From Candidatus Multivoradales bacterium (lineage in GTDB: Bacteria > Acidobacteriota > Thermoanaerobaculia > Multivoradales > J023): 64,000 nucleotides of DNA. Each line of letters begins with the position of its first letter. Within the stretch, counting starts at the first letter, position 1. Below the pieces are notes generated by a model. That model ran no database searches and was not told where the DNA came from. It saw only the letters and a list, made by a program, of their open reading frames with translations. Made by a program: the position numbers and the translations under genes. The stretch lies in assembly GCA_965248925.1 (NCBI GenBank), contig CBDFLE010000006.1, forward strand, positions 288,001 to 352,000, given 5' to 3'. Shown in pieces: positions 19,129-29,419 of the stretch.

Positions 19129-21998
19129 GCCGGCCTGACCAGCGGCCGATAGCTATCGAGACGGCCGAGGGCAATCTCACGCAGCGCGACCGCTTGCTCG
19201 AAAAGAAAGCCACGATACGAGACCGCCTCCTCGCTGCCCCGCGGGGTGAAGGTATCCAGCAATCGACGCTCGAAGGCCGTGAGATAACGCTTACGCAGAT
19301 CGCGCGACATCCACACGGCGCCACCAGGCTGTAGCTCGAAGTCTTCCTGCCTGGCCTCGCGGCGGCGCAGCAAGGCCAGCGCCAGGCCGTCGACCAACCA
19401 GCGGAACTCCTCCTGGATATCCGACGCCAGCGAGGGATAGCGGTCACTCCGCTGGTGATAGATGCCGAGATGCGGATTCAGCCCGGCGCTGACCAGGGCG
19501 GTTGCGGCATGCTGAAATAGCAGGTGATAGCCGAAGGAAAGCAGACTGTTGACCGGATCGGTAGGCGGGCGGCGGCGCCGACCTGGAAACTCGAAGCCAG
19601 CTGGCAAGACCTCGGCAAAGCCGGCGAAATACAAGCGTGCCGCGCGTCCCTCCAAGCCGCGCAGGGTGCCGGTGTCGTCAGCCTCCAGCGCGCTCCGTGC
19701 CAGACTGCGGATGGGCCCGGTCACCCCGCGGCCAAGGCCCAGCCGGGCAAGCTGGCTAGCCTGGTTGCGCAGCTTGCCGGCGACAATCACCCGCGCCACG
19801 GCCAGGGCGCGGCGATCATCGGCGAGCAGCACAGCCTGCGCCTGCCAGATCCGCCAATCAGCCGCCGGTGCTGCCACGCCGGCGCGGATCCGGCCGCGAG
19901 CATCGCACAAATAGGTCGGTACGCCACCGATGGCCAGGCGCTCGACGGCGGTCAGAGTGGCTCGGCCGTGACCGAGAATCGTCAGATGCAGAATACCGGC
20001 CAGGGGCAGCCGCTCCCTGGGGCGCGACGGATGCTCGAGTACCAGGGTTTCCTTCTCCACCCGCATCGATGTTTCATGATCACCGAGATAGAGCGGACGC
20101 TTGGCCGGGAAGGCTTCGCGAGCCGGTCCCAGATCGATGTCCTCTAGCGGCGGCGGGCCGCCCTCGGCGCCGCTGCTCGGCCGGCCGAGGCGGCGCAAAC
20201 GCTCGAAGGGTACCGCCGCCAGCCATGACATGGCCGGGGGAGGCACCTCTTCCTGTCGGCGCCCGCCATCGTGCTTCGCCTCGTCGATCACCAGCGAGCG
20301 ACAGAACAGATAGCCGAGATAGCCGAAGCCGTCGGCCATTGAGCGCACTGAGGTCTTGCCCTCGTGCAAGGCCAGGCCCAACTCGCCGAGGGCGCGCCGC
20401 GCGACTTGGTGGGCGCGCTCGGCGGCGGCCAGATCCTTGGTCAGCACTACGAAGTCGTCGGCAAAACGGACCAGACGAAAGCCCTCGCCGAGGATCGCTT
20501 CGTCAAAGCGATCCAGAAAGAGGTTGGCGAGCAGCGGTGAGATCGGCGCCCCCTGCGGCAGACCCCGACTACGGCCGATCCGCCGGCCGTCGAAGTAGAC
20601 CGGCACGGTAATCCAATGGCGAATCACCCGCACCAGCGGCTCGAAGGGGAAGAGCGCATCGAGCACCGCGAAGAGGCGATCCCATTCGACAGTGTCAAAG
20701 AACGCTTCGATATCGGCATCGAGCACATAGCGGTAGCCATCCTCCCAAGCTCGCTGAATGGCGCGCGCCGCGCCCTGCCGGGAGAAACCCCTGCGGTAGG
20801 CGAACGACTCGTCCTCGAGCATCGAATCGATGGCCGGCAACAGCGCCTGGGCGGCGGCGCGCTGGAGCACCCGATCGGCCGCCGTCGGCACCGCCAGCGG
20901 CCGCCAGCCGCCAGACGGCTTGGGAATCGCGCAGCCGGCGAGAGGTTGCGCCCGGTAGCAGCCGTCGAGCAGCGACCCGGCCAGACTTGCGAGAGCTGGC
21001 GGCCCGAGGTCGGCGAGGGACTGTGGGGATTGGTGGTCAACACCCGCGGCCGACGATTGGGTGGCAACGTGTTCGAGTGCCGTGGCCAGCGCGGCCGGCC
21101 TGGCGACTTCTTGCAAGTAAGTCCGTGCCGGCCGCCACGGCCCCTCACCGTCCGGGCTGCCGGCGAGGCGGAAGCGACCGAAGCCGTAGCGCACGCTCTG
21201 ACCCACATGGAGATGCTGCAAGAGGGCCAGGAGAGCGCACCAGTCGGGGGTCAAGCCGGCCAGTTCGAGGGTGCCCACCAGCCCTCCCTTGAGCTGGCCT
21301 CGGGGCCGGCCCGGCTTGCCCCCCGGCCGGCCACGGGTGGGCACATCGAGCCACAGCAGAGCCGCCGGGTCGGCGCGGACGGCCGCTGGCATCGCCGGCA
21401 CCGCCCCCGGCGACGGCCGCCCCGCCCGCAGGTCGGCAAAGCGCCGCCAGCAGCGGGCGAGGAATGCACCGGCAGGAAAGTAGGTGCTGTCGAAGTGGCC
21501 CTTGGGGCGCTGCCGCGCGCCCCGCGGACGCGGCCGACGGAGCTCCAGGGGAGAGAGGAACTGCAAGGTGGCCACCCCACGCTCGGCGAGTGCCCGCGCG
21601 GTGGCCTCGACATCGGCCAGCTCCGGCGCGCCCAGGCGTTGCACCTCCGCGACCGCAAAGTTGCCCCACAAGGTGCGTTCCGAAGCGGCCGGCCTGGGCT
21701 GTCGGCTCACCACTTCGAGTCTCTCCAGGGCAGCCGGCAGCGCATCGATCGCCTCACCCACCACGGTCAGCCCGAAGACGTAGTCATCACCAGCGGCAAA
21801 CCGCACCCGCCCCGACTCGACCGCCGCCGGCATCACCTCCGGCAAGGCGTGGCCGAAGATCTGGCAGAGCAGGCCATGAAGCACCGGCTCGTGGCGCAGG
21901 TGGAAGCGAATGCTGGCGCTCAGCCGCAGGCGGATGACCAGCCGCTCGATCGGCGGCAAGCTCAGCATCGAGCCGTCGGGCAGGCGATGGTGGGTCAT
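19125..21998 (-). CDS. cas1: Cas6-reverse transcriptase-Cas1 fusion
   Basis: ATG 21998 follows GGAGG. Cas6 G-loop HVGQSVRYGFGRF; RT motifs DADIEAFFD, GLPQGAPISPLLAN, VRFADDFV; Cas1 motifs LRGLEGRAARLYF, DPVNSLLSFGY, GIYH, LASDIQEEFR. Confidence 0.95.
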   Translation of the reverse strand: MTHHRLPDGSMLSLPPIERLVIRLRLSASIRFHLRHEPVLHGLLCQIFGHALPEVMPAAVESGRVRFAAGDDYVFGLTVVGEAIDALPAALERLEVVSRQPRPAASERTLWGNFAVAEVQRLGAPELADVEATARALAERGVATLQFLSPLELRRPRPRGARQRPKGHFDSTYFPAGAFLARCWRRFADLRAGRPSPGAVPAMPAAVRADPAALLWLDVPTRGRPGGKPGRPRGQLKGGLVGTLELAGLTPDWCALLALLQHLHVGQSVRYGFGRFRLAGSPDGEGPWRPARTYLQEVARPAALATALEHVATQSSAAGVDHQSPQSLADLGPPALASLAGSLLDGCYRAQPLAGCAIPKPSGGWRPLAVPTAADRVLQRAAAQALLPAIDSMLEDESFAYRRGFSRQGAARAIQRAWEDGYRYVLDADIEAFFDTVEWDRLFAVLDALFPFEPLVRVIRHWITVPVYFDGRRIGRSRGLPQGAPISPLLANLFLDRFDEAILGEGFRLVRFADDFVVLTKDLAAAERAHQVARRALGELGLALHEGKTSVRSMADGFGYLGYLFCRSLVIDEAKHDGGRRQEEVPPPAMSWLAAVPFERLRRLGRPSSGAEGGPPPLEDIDLGPAREAFPAKRPLYLGDHETSMRVEKETLVLEHPSRPRERLPLAGILHLTILGHGRATLTAVERLAIGGVPTYLCDARGRIRAGVAAPAADWRIWQAQAVLLADDRRALAVARVIVAGKLRNQASQLARLGLGRGVTGPIRSLARSALEADDTGTLRGLEGRAARLYFAGFAEVLPAGFEFPGRRRRPPTDPVNSLLSFGYHLLFQHAATALVSAGLNPHLGIYHQRSDRYPSLASDIQEEFRWLVDGLALALLRRREARQEDFELQPGGAVWMSRDLRKRYLTAFERRLLDTFTPRGSEEAVSYRGFLFEQAVALREIALGRLDSYRPLVRPA

Positions 21999-22166
21999 GA
22001 ATCCTCCTGGGTGCGCGGCCGCCCTGCCGGCCAGGCTGCAAGTGGCATCTTCCAGCCTTCTGGGCACTTTCTTGTCCTGGCTGGCTGGCCAAAATCCTCA
22101 AGCCCATGCCCAAGGCGCGTGCTTCGGCGATTGTCCGCAGTGTCATATGCAATGTCATTTGAAATC

Positions 22167-22286
22167 AGCATTAGCATCAGAGTCCCCAGTGGTCAGCGAC
22201 AGCACCCTTTGATAGGTGCTGATTGAGTAGACCCGGTTACTGGTCCGAGGGGTGGGGAGAGAATCTGCTGGGGTCACCGTGGGCTT
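22167..22286. repeat. About 120-bp non-coding element, copy A (copy B at 24266-24283 plus 26818-26920, split by an IS)
   Basis: Shared GCATCAGAGTCCCC..TCAGCG..AGCACC..TTTGATAG.TGCTGATTGAGTAGACCCGGTT..GAGAATC with an internal CAGCACC/GGTGCTG inverted repeat. Confidence 0.8.
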
Positions 22287-22297
22287 GGCCCGAAGTG

Positions 22298-22316
22298 CAG
22301 TCGCAAGATGCGACTG
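22298..22316. terminator. Hairpin at the distal end of array 2, possible terminator
   Basis: CAGTCGCA-AGA-TGCGACTG, an 8-bp stem; a T-rich run follows on the + strand. Confidence 0.4.
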
Positions 22317-22330
22317 GCACCTTTTCTTCA

Positions 22331-23857
22331 GCGACAGGTCCGGCGACAACGGAACATAGGCACTCCCTGCCCTCGTGGCGAAGTCTCAATGCCAGCAGTG
22401 GCGACAGGTCCGGCGACAAAGGATTGTGGTCCTGTAAGTCTCCCCTTGGAGAAGTCTCAATGCCAGCAGTGGCGACAGGTCCGGCGACTCCGTGAGTGTC
22501 GCAATCTTCGGTTTGACATTACTAAGTCTCAATGCCAGCAGTGGCGACAGGTCCGGCGACTACTAGCTTGTTGTATCGCATCAACTCATGGGTTCGAAAG
22601 TCTCAATGCCAGCAGTGGCGACAGGTCCGGCGACAAAAATGCAGCAAGGTGTCGGTGCTGAACTGCACTTGTCTCAATGCCAGCAGTGGCGACAGGTCGG
22701 GCGACTCCACGTCACGCTGATGCAATCTCTCCGACACAAGAGGAGTCTCAATGCCAGCAGTGGCGACAGGTCCGGCGACGCCTGTCTGTCCGACCCGATG
22801 GGGACTATCTCCCAAGTCTCAATGCCAGCAGTGGCGACAGGTCCGGCGACTAGGGCCGCCCTCGATCTTGTGACCACCAATAAGACGGGTCTCAATGCCA
22901 GCAGTGGCGACAGGTCCGGCGACCACTTCTTTGTCCTATGCGTCGACGGCATTTGCTAAAGGTCTCAATGCCAGCAGTGGCGACAGGTCCGGCGACCTCG
23001 ACAAACGGCCTTTGTGGCCTAAGGAGACAGACGTCTCAATGCCAGCAGTGGCGACAGGTCCGGCGACCGACGATCCATCCGCCTGACCGTTCTTGCCGTC
23101 GTGGTCTCAATGCCAGCAGTGGCGACAGGTCCGGCGACTTACATGGCTCTGAGCCAACGTACCGTCGGAACCGAAGTCTCAATGCCAGCAGTGGCGACAG
23201 GTCCGGCGACAGCACTTGTTCCCGCTCCCCTGTCTGATCTTTGAAAGTCTCAATGCCAGCAGTGGCGACAGGTCCGGCGACTGAAGTACGCAATAATGTT
23301 TCTTGACATCCTGAAAGTCTCAATGCCAGCAGTGGCGACAGGTCCGGCGACTTTAGGGTAGTTCTGGCGTTTGCGGCTCTGGTTATGGCGGTCTCAATGC
23401 CAGCAGTGGCGACAGGTCCGGCGACTGATTATGAGCTATGGGCAGATCGTTCGGAGATTAGCGAAGTCTCAATGCCAGCAGTGGCGACAGGTCCGGCGAC
23501 AGGCTTTGGAAACTCTCAGGAAAGAGGATAATGACTGTCTCAATGCCAGCAGTGGCGACAGGTCCGGCGACCACAGGAATGCTATTCTTTTGCGATGACC
23601 AACTGGAATGTCTCAATGCCAGCAGTGGCGACAGGTCCGGCGACCATGTAATACAGCCAGTGGCCCTCATCTGAAGCAAGGTCTCAATGCCAGCAGTGGC
23701 GACAGGTCCGGCGACAGTTCCCTTAACCTGTAACCGGAGAAGAGAGGAGAAGTCTCAATGCCAGCAGTGGCGACAGGTCCGGCGACTCCAATGACCCGAA
23801 TTGCGAGAGATGCATCCAGTGAGTCTCAATGCCAGCAGTGGCGACAGGTCCGGCGAC
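22331..23857 (-). CRISPR. CRISPR array 2: 21 full repeats plus one truncated distal repeat, 21 spacers (35-40 nt)
   Basis: Same 35-nt repeat as array 1; partial repeat at 22331-22347 and a one-base variant at 22671. Confidence 0.98.
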
Positions 23858-24163
23858 AGCACCCCGTGGAAACCACGAGAAACAAGCGACTTATGACCCC
23901 CTTTTCGACGGGTGATCGCAAACCGGCGGCGACAACCCCCTTCTGACCCGATTCAGCTCCGAACCAAGCCTCGCAAACTATTGAATCCACGTCGCTTACC
24001 TCCTTCCTGCACATGATCATGTGCAACTTTTCCAGCTAAGCCCTTTATTCTCTATCACCTGCGCTCCTTTCTCGCCTCCATGTTGGCAATTTCCCCAACC
24101 ACCCGTCGAAACGAGAGGATCCGCTGCCTTCGCCCATCACGATCCGCCAATCCTCAAAGCACC
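23858..24163 (-). promoter_or_regulatory. Leader of CRISPR array 2
   Basis: Diverged copy of leader 1, sharing GTGGAAACCACGAGAAACAAGCGACTTATGACCCC and CCTCCTTCCTGCACATGATCATGTGCA. Confidence 0.85.
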
Positions 24164-24265
24164 CTATCGCACCCACGCCAGCTCTTCGTCCGGTGGCTCG
24201 ATATCACCAAAACCAACACTCTTCGCCGCCCAGCGAGAGCACACCCGGTACATCCGCACCGAGCC
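24164..24265 (-). pseudogene. cas2: cas2 3' remnant
   Basis: Encodes GSVRMYRVCSRWAAKSVGFGDIEPPDEELAWVR*, versus GSVRMYRVCSRCAAKSVGFGDIEPPDEELARVR* in intact cas2; the 5' two-thirds is missing. Confidence 0.9.
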
Positions 24266-24283
24266 AGCACAAGCATCAGAGTC

Positions 24284-26812
24284 CAGACCTCCTGACCTAC
24301 CCCTCCTAACCCTCTGAAAACACAGGACCGCCCCTCAGAGGTGGTGCGGACCCAAAACTGTCCGCTTTTTTCGGTGCCGAGGCATGATCGAGCATGGCAC
24401 TGACGAGCGAGCACACCGTCCTGTTCCCAGACCACGCCGGGGTCCCCGATGGGGTTGTGGTGATCAACGACCGCTGCCGCCTCCAGCAGAGGGGCGGCTA
24501 TCGGGTGGTGGTGGTCAGCGGCATGCCGCTCGCTCACTTCGCTGCCGGCGACAGGACAGGCGAGGCCCACGCGATGGTGAGTCTCGTTGAATTGGGCTGG
24601 GCACAGCAACGCGAGGTGGCCCTTGCGTTCGCTTGTGATGTGCGGACTGTGCGCCGGAATCAGCGCCGCTTCGAAGAAGGTGGGCTGGCTGCTCTGGGCC
24701 GGCCGCGCGGTTTTCCCCGGGGTCAGTCTCGGGTAGCGCAGGGCCGCCTGGACGCGGTCAACGGCTGGAAGGCCGAGGGTGTGTCGAATCGCGAGATTGG
24801 CCGGCGGCTGGGCATCGATGAGAAGGCCGTTCGCAAGCTCGCCAAGCGCCTGGGCTGGAAAGAGCGGTCGGTAGTGCAGATGACGATGCCCTTCGAGAGT
24901 GCGGACCCAAAACTGTCCGCCTCTGATGAGCAGCAGGTCGACGGCCCCCTGAAAACTGCGGATCTTGCGCTCGACGCTGAGGGTGGCGGTGACCCAGCGG
25001 CTGCGGACCCAAAACTGTCCGCTTCTGCGTCCGAGCAAGATCAGGTTCCCCTCTCGCTGGACCTCGATCCAGCGGATCGCGCCAGCGATCGGCTGCTGGC
25101 GAGGCTGGGATTCCTCGATGATGCGGCGCCGATCTTCGGAGCGGCGACCCAGCTACCGGGCGCCGGTGCTCTGCTGGCGATTCCCGCCCTGGTGGACAGC
25201 GGCGTGCTCTCCATCGCGCAGGAGCTGTACGGCAGCATCGGGCCGGCCTTCTATGGGCTGCGCACCACTCTGGTAACCCTGCTGCTGATGGCACTGTTGC
25301 GGGTCAAGCGACCCGAAGGGCTCAAGGAGCGCTCACCCCGGCATTTGGGTCAGCTTCTCGGGCTCGACCGAGCGCCGGAAGTGAAAACCTTGCGCAACAA
25401 GCTCGCTCGGCTGGCCGCGCATGGCCTGGCCGCGGATCTCGGTCGCGCCCTCGCTCAGCGCCGGGTCGCCACCAGGGGCCATGCCATGGGCTTCCTCTAC
25501 GTGGACGGGCATGTGCGCGCCTACCACGGTGGCCGAGAGATTCCCAAGACACACGTAGCGCGGATGCGGATCGCGATGCCGGCCACCACCGACTACTGGG
25601 TCAACGATGCTGAGAGCGAGCCTCTCTTCGTGGTCCCCACCGAGGCCAACAAGGGGCTTGCGACGATGCTTCCCCTCATTCTCGAAGAGGTACGAAAGCT
25701 ACTCGGAGACCGGCGAGTCACCGTCGTCTTCGACCGTGGGGGTTGGAGCCCGAAGCTGTTTGCGAAGCTCATCGCCAAGAAGTTCGACATCCTCACATAC
25801 CGAAAGGCCCCCTTTCGTCCGGTGCCGTTGAGCAAGTTCGGGCAGATCAAGGACACGATCCACGGGCGGAAGCTCGAGTACCTCCTCGCCGATCAGCGTA
25901 TCTACCTCGAGTATGGCCCGAGGAAGAAGCGCAAGCGGCTGTACCTGCGCCAGGTCACCCGCCTCTGCGACAACGGCCACCAGACGTCCATCATCACCTC
26001 CCGCCGCGACCTCTCCACACTCGAGGTCGCCTACCGCATGTTCGATCGTTGGAGGCAAGAGAACTTCTTCAAATACCTGCGCGAAGAATTCGCACTCGAT
26101 GCCCTGGTGGACTATGGCACCGAGCCAGCGGACGCTGCCCGCGATGTGCCGAATCCCGAGCGCGGCAAGATCAATGCAGAGCTGCGCAAAGCTCACGCAC
26201 ATCTCGAGCAGCTCCGGGCCCACATCGGGATCGCTGCTCTTGAAAACCGCGAGGATCGGCGGCGCACGATGCGCGGATTCAAGATCGCCAACGCCGCCAT
26301 CTCCGCCAGGGTCCGGGCAGCGATAGAGCAGATCACCGAACTCGAGAACCAGCGCGCGACCCTCCCCGTCCGCGTCCCCGTCCAAGAGGTCGTCGAAGCG
26401 GATGTCATCAAGCTGTCCGTCGAGCGCAAGCACCTCACCGATATTCTCAAGATGGTCGCCTACCAGGCCGAAGGTGATCTTCTCCGGCTCCTATCACCCC
26501 ACTACCGCCGCACCGAGCAGGAGGGACGCACCCTGATCCAAAGCGCTTTCGCGGCCGGCGGCGATATGGAGGTTACCGACACCGTGCTGCTCCTTTCCAT
26601 CGACCCGCTCAGCTCTCCCCACAAGACGGCGGCGATCGCCGCCGTCTGCGAAGAACTCAACGCTACCGCCACCCACTTCCCCGGCACCGAGCTACGGATG
26701 CGGTTCGCGATCAAGAAGGCGCCACCCCGGAGCCTGGCCTTCCCAGGGCCTCGGAACACCTCCGGAGAGGCTCAACCGGACATTTGAGAAAAAGGGTATG
26801 TCAGGAGTTCTG
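24284..26812 (+). mobile_element. 2529-bp IS, copy 1
   Basis: Terminal IRs CAGACCTCCTGAC / GTCAGGAGTTCTG; GAGTC on both flanks. Confidence 0.95.
24394..26787 (+). CDS. DDE transposase (797 aa, IS4/IS1634-like clan) with N-terminal HTHs
   Basis: FLYVDGH, VVFDRGG and RWRQENFFKY motifs; HTH-like QREVALAFACDVRTV and SNREIGRRLGIDEKAV. Family assignment is tentative. Confidence 0.88.
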   Translation: MALTSEHTVLFPDHAGVPDGVVVINDRCRLQQRGGYRVVVVSGMPLAHFAAGDRTGEAHAMVSLVELGWAQQREVALAFACDVRTVRRNQRRFEEGGLAALGRPRGFPRGQSRVAQGRLDAVNGWKAEGVSNREIGRRLGIDEKAVRKLAKRLGWKERSVVQMTMPFESADPKLSASDEQQVDGPLKTADLALDAEGGGDPAAADPKLSASASEQDQVPLSLDLDPADRASDRLLARLGFLDDAAPIFGAATQLPGAGALLAIPALVDSGVLSIAQELYGSIGPAFYGLRTTLVTLLLMALLRVKRPEGLKERSPRHLGQLLGLDRAPEVKTLRNKLARLAAHGLAADLGRALAQRRVATRGHAMGFLYVDGHVRAYHGGREIPKTHVARMRIAMPATTDYWVNDAESEPLFVVPTEANKGLATMLPLILEEVRKLLGDRRVTVVFDRGGWSPKLFAKLIAKKFDILTYRKAPFRPVPLSKFGQIKDTIHGRKLEYLLADQRIYLEYGPRKKRKRLYLRQVTRLCDNGHQTSIITSRRDLSTLEVAYRMFDRWRQENFFKYLREEFALDALVDYGTEPADAARDVPNPERGKINAELRKAHAHLEQLRAHIGIAALENREDRRRTMRGFKIANAAISARVRAAIEQITELENQRATLPVRVPVQEVVEADVIKLSVERKHLTDILKMVAYQAEGDLLRLLSPHYRRTEQEGRTLIQSAFAAGGDMEVTDTVLLLSIDPLSSPHKTAAIAAVCEELNATATHFPGTELRMRFAIKKAPPRSLAFPGPRNTSGEAQPDI

Positions 26813-27133
26813 GAGTCCCCGGTGATCAGCGAAAGCACCTTTTGATAGATGCTGATTGAGTAGACCCGGTTCTTCGCCCCAGGGGGGGGGAAGAGAATCC
26901 GCGTAGGGCACATTGGGCTCAAACCACGGTTCGAGCAGTTGCGGAAGTTTGAGTGGCTCCTGCTCGGCTCAGCTCCCCTCCGAGTGACATCCTTGAACCC
27001 TGGCAGGCGCGAGTCAGATCGTCCAGCGGATCCCGAGTGCTCATCGAGCGCAGGCCCTCGATTTGAGCCTCCTCACCCCCTCATTGCGCGTTCCCCTAAG
27101 GGATCTCCCGCCACAACCGAAGGAGGTGACGTC

Positions 27134-28840
27134 GTGCTTCGAGGTATGAACCGTCAGCAGTGGATGATGCTGGCCACCGCGGCGTGAGCGTTGGCTCTAG
27201 CTTGCTCGCCCGGCCCGGAGGGCAACTACCGAGGCAGTGAACAGGCCAGCGGTCGGCCGCTGCTGCTGAGCCCTGATGGGATTGTCCCGGAGGGGATCGA
27301 GGACATCCAGCTGCCTGTCGAGGGCTGGGCCGAGCCGGTGTCGGCCTCGCTGTGGGAACTTGAGGAATGGGTGGCGGACGGAACCCCTAGCCCACCGGTG
27401 GAGCAGCAACCCACGCGGGACCTCATTGTTGACCTCGAAGCCGACCGGAGCGCAGACGGTGGCAGCGAAAGCGGCACCGCCATGTCGCGCCAGCCGGATC
27501 CGCACCTCAGCTTTATCGACGATTTCGCCGGCGGCAACTTGGGCCTCAGCGAGGGGGTGGCCTTTGCCGCTATTGATCGGGCAACGGCGCCAGCCAAGCT
27601 CTTTCCCCCTGATCCTGATCTGGCCGCCGGGCCGGGCCACCTGATTGTGGTGGTTAATAACTCGGTAGAGATCTACGACCAGCTGGGCAACTCACCGCTC
27701 GGACCCCTGGCGTTGGCTACTTTTTTCTCGCCGCTGGCCACCCTGGCCCCTGGCTGTGTGATCAAGCCGTTTGACCCCAATGCGCTCTACGATGAGGATC
27801 AGGATCGCTTCATCGTCACCGCCGATGGCTTAGGCGATTACCTCTGCATAGCGGTCAGCCAAGGGCCTGATCCGCTTTTCGGCGGCTGGAACTTCTATGG
27901 TTTTGCTACCGCCTTCGGCAGTCTTTATTTTGACTTTCCGCGCCTCGGGGTCGGTCACGAGGCGATCTTCGGCGGCGCGACCTGGGCCGCCAATGGTCTG
28001 ACCAGCGGCTGGGCCTGGGCCTTCGAGAAAAGTGCGATGTATGCCGGCACGATTGCAGCCTACCGCGCCCAGCCAATCGCCCTCGATGCCGTCCCCCAAG
28101 CCCTGCACTTGCATGGCGCTGCCCAGGGCACTTGGCCGACCAGCGGCCCGCATTACATCATCGCCAGCCTCGGCGGCGGTGGCCCGTCTAGCTTCGGGCT
28201 TTACTCTTGGCTGGACCCCTTCGGCAACAATACCTTTAGCCAAGTAGCCACCCTAGATCTGCAAACCAAGCATGGAGTTACCAGCGGCGTACCCACCAGC
28301 AGCCCACAAGCCAGCGGTAGGTATCTGCTGGGCAACGACGCGAGACCGCTCGATTTTGAGTATCGCAACGGCAGCGGCTGGCTGCTCAACCACGTGTCCT
28401 GCCGCCCTGGCCACCAGGCTGTGAACTGTATTCAATGGGCTGAGATCGACCTCGCCAGCGGCACCGTGGTGCAAGCAGCTGTGGCCGGCACCGACGGTGA
28501 GTACCGTATCTATCCTGACCTAGCGGTCAATCGCTGTGGCGACGCCCTGCTGGGCTACACCAAGACCAGTACGGCGCTCTATCCAGGGCCATGGATCAGT
28601 GGCCGTCGATTGGCCGATCCGCTGGGCAAGCTGCGCCATGAGCAGCCGGTGTGGCCAGGCGAGACAGAACTCGAAGGCTCGACGCTCGACCCGGGGCCGC
28701 TGCGCTGGGGCGACTATTCTGGCATGACCCTGGCGCCTGATGGCATCACCTTGTGGTACCTGGGCCAGTATGCCAAGAACATCAGCGGCAGTTTCAACTG
28801 GGGTACCTACCTGGCTTCGTTTCGCTTTGCTGGCTGCTGA
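27134..28840 (+). pseudogene. Secreted lipoprotein of unknown function with an in-frame TGA in its signal peptide
   Basis: AGGAGG then ...MNRQQWMMLATAA*ALALAC (TGA at 27185-27187), in frame with ORF 27191-28840 (PPDPDLAAGPGH, RWGDYSGM). Confidence 0.6.
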
Positions 28841-29419
28841 GCGAGGCGGCCGGCCGCGGCGCACTCTTGCCATCCTCGCGGTGAGCGAAGGGGATTTCTT
28901 GCACCACCGTCGGCGCCAAGGCAGGCGATCAAACGGTCTTCGAAGGCGCGGTCAAGGTTGAGATCGAGGCGCTGAGCAATATCAAACGCACCGCCACTGG
29001 TATTGAGAAGCTACAGTTCGCCGTCGCCTACCGGATCTCTGGCTACTCAAGGATCCGTGCCACCCAACGCTAGCGCCCCACCCAACCAATGCTAGCCAAC
29101 AGACGCGGCTACTCTGTCCGCCTCTGCTCATTCTCTCCCGCCGCACAGTCAGAGAGTCTGCTAAGGTTTCTCAAACTCTTCTTCGGGGAACCCATGAAAC
29201 TCGACCATGTTATGGATTTGCTGGACACGGCGGCTGCTTCGACGCTGGCGCAGATCCGGCGAGATCGACAGCGGGCACCAGCCAGGGTCAGCCAGTTCCT
29301 TACTCTCCTCGAACAGGAGGTCTTCACCACCAAGCTAAGCGTCAGCAAGCTGATGCAAACCTGCGGCATTCGCGACCGCGCCTTCTCGACGGCATTCAGT
29401 GCGGCGCTAGGTCTGAGTC

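Noticed and set aside
19125-21998. RT as a group II intron, retron or DGR
   Set aside because: It is fused in frame between Cas6 and Cas1; no intron, msr-msd or TR/VR pair was seen.
20616-22226. 536-aa plus-strand ORF and similar long antisense ORFs (e.g. 54544-56253, 1097-1930)
   Set aside because: Shadow frames of high-GC genes, with no recognisable motifs.
17993-23857. Self-targeting spacers against the IS or local genes
   Set aside because: No match noticed by eye; a BLASTn-short search is needed to exclude it.
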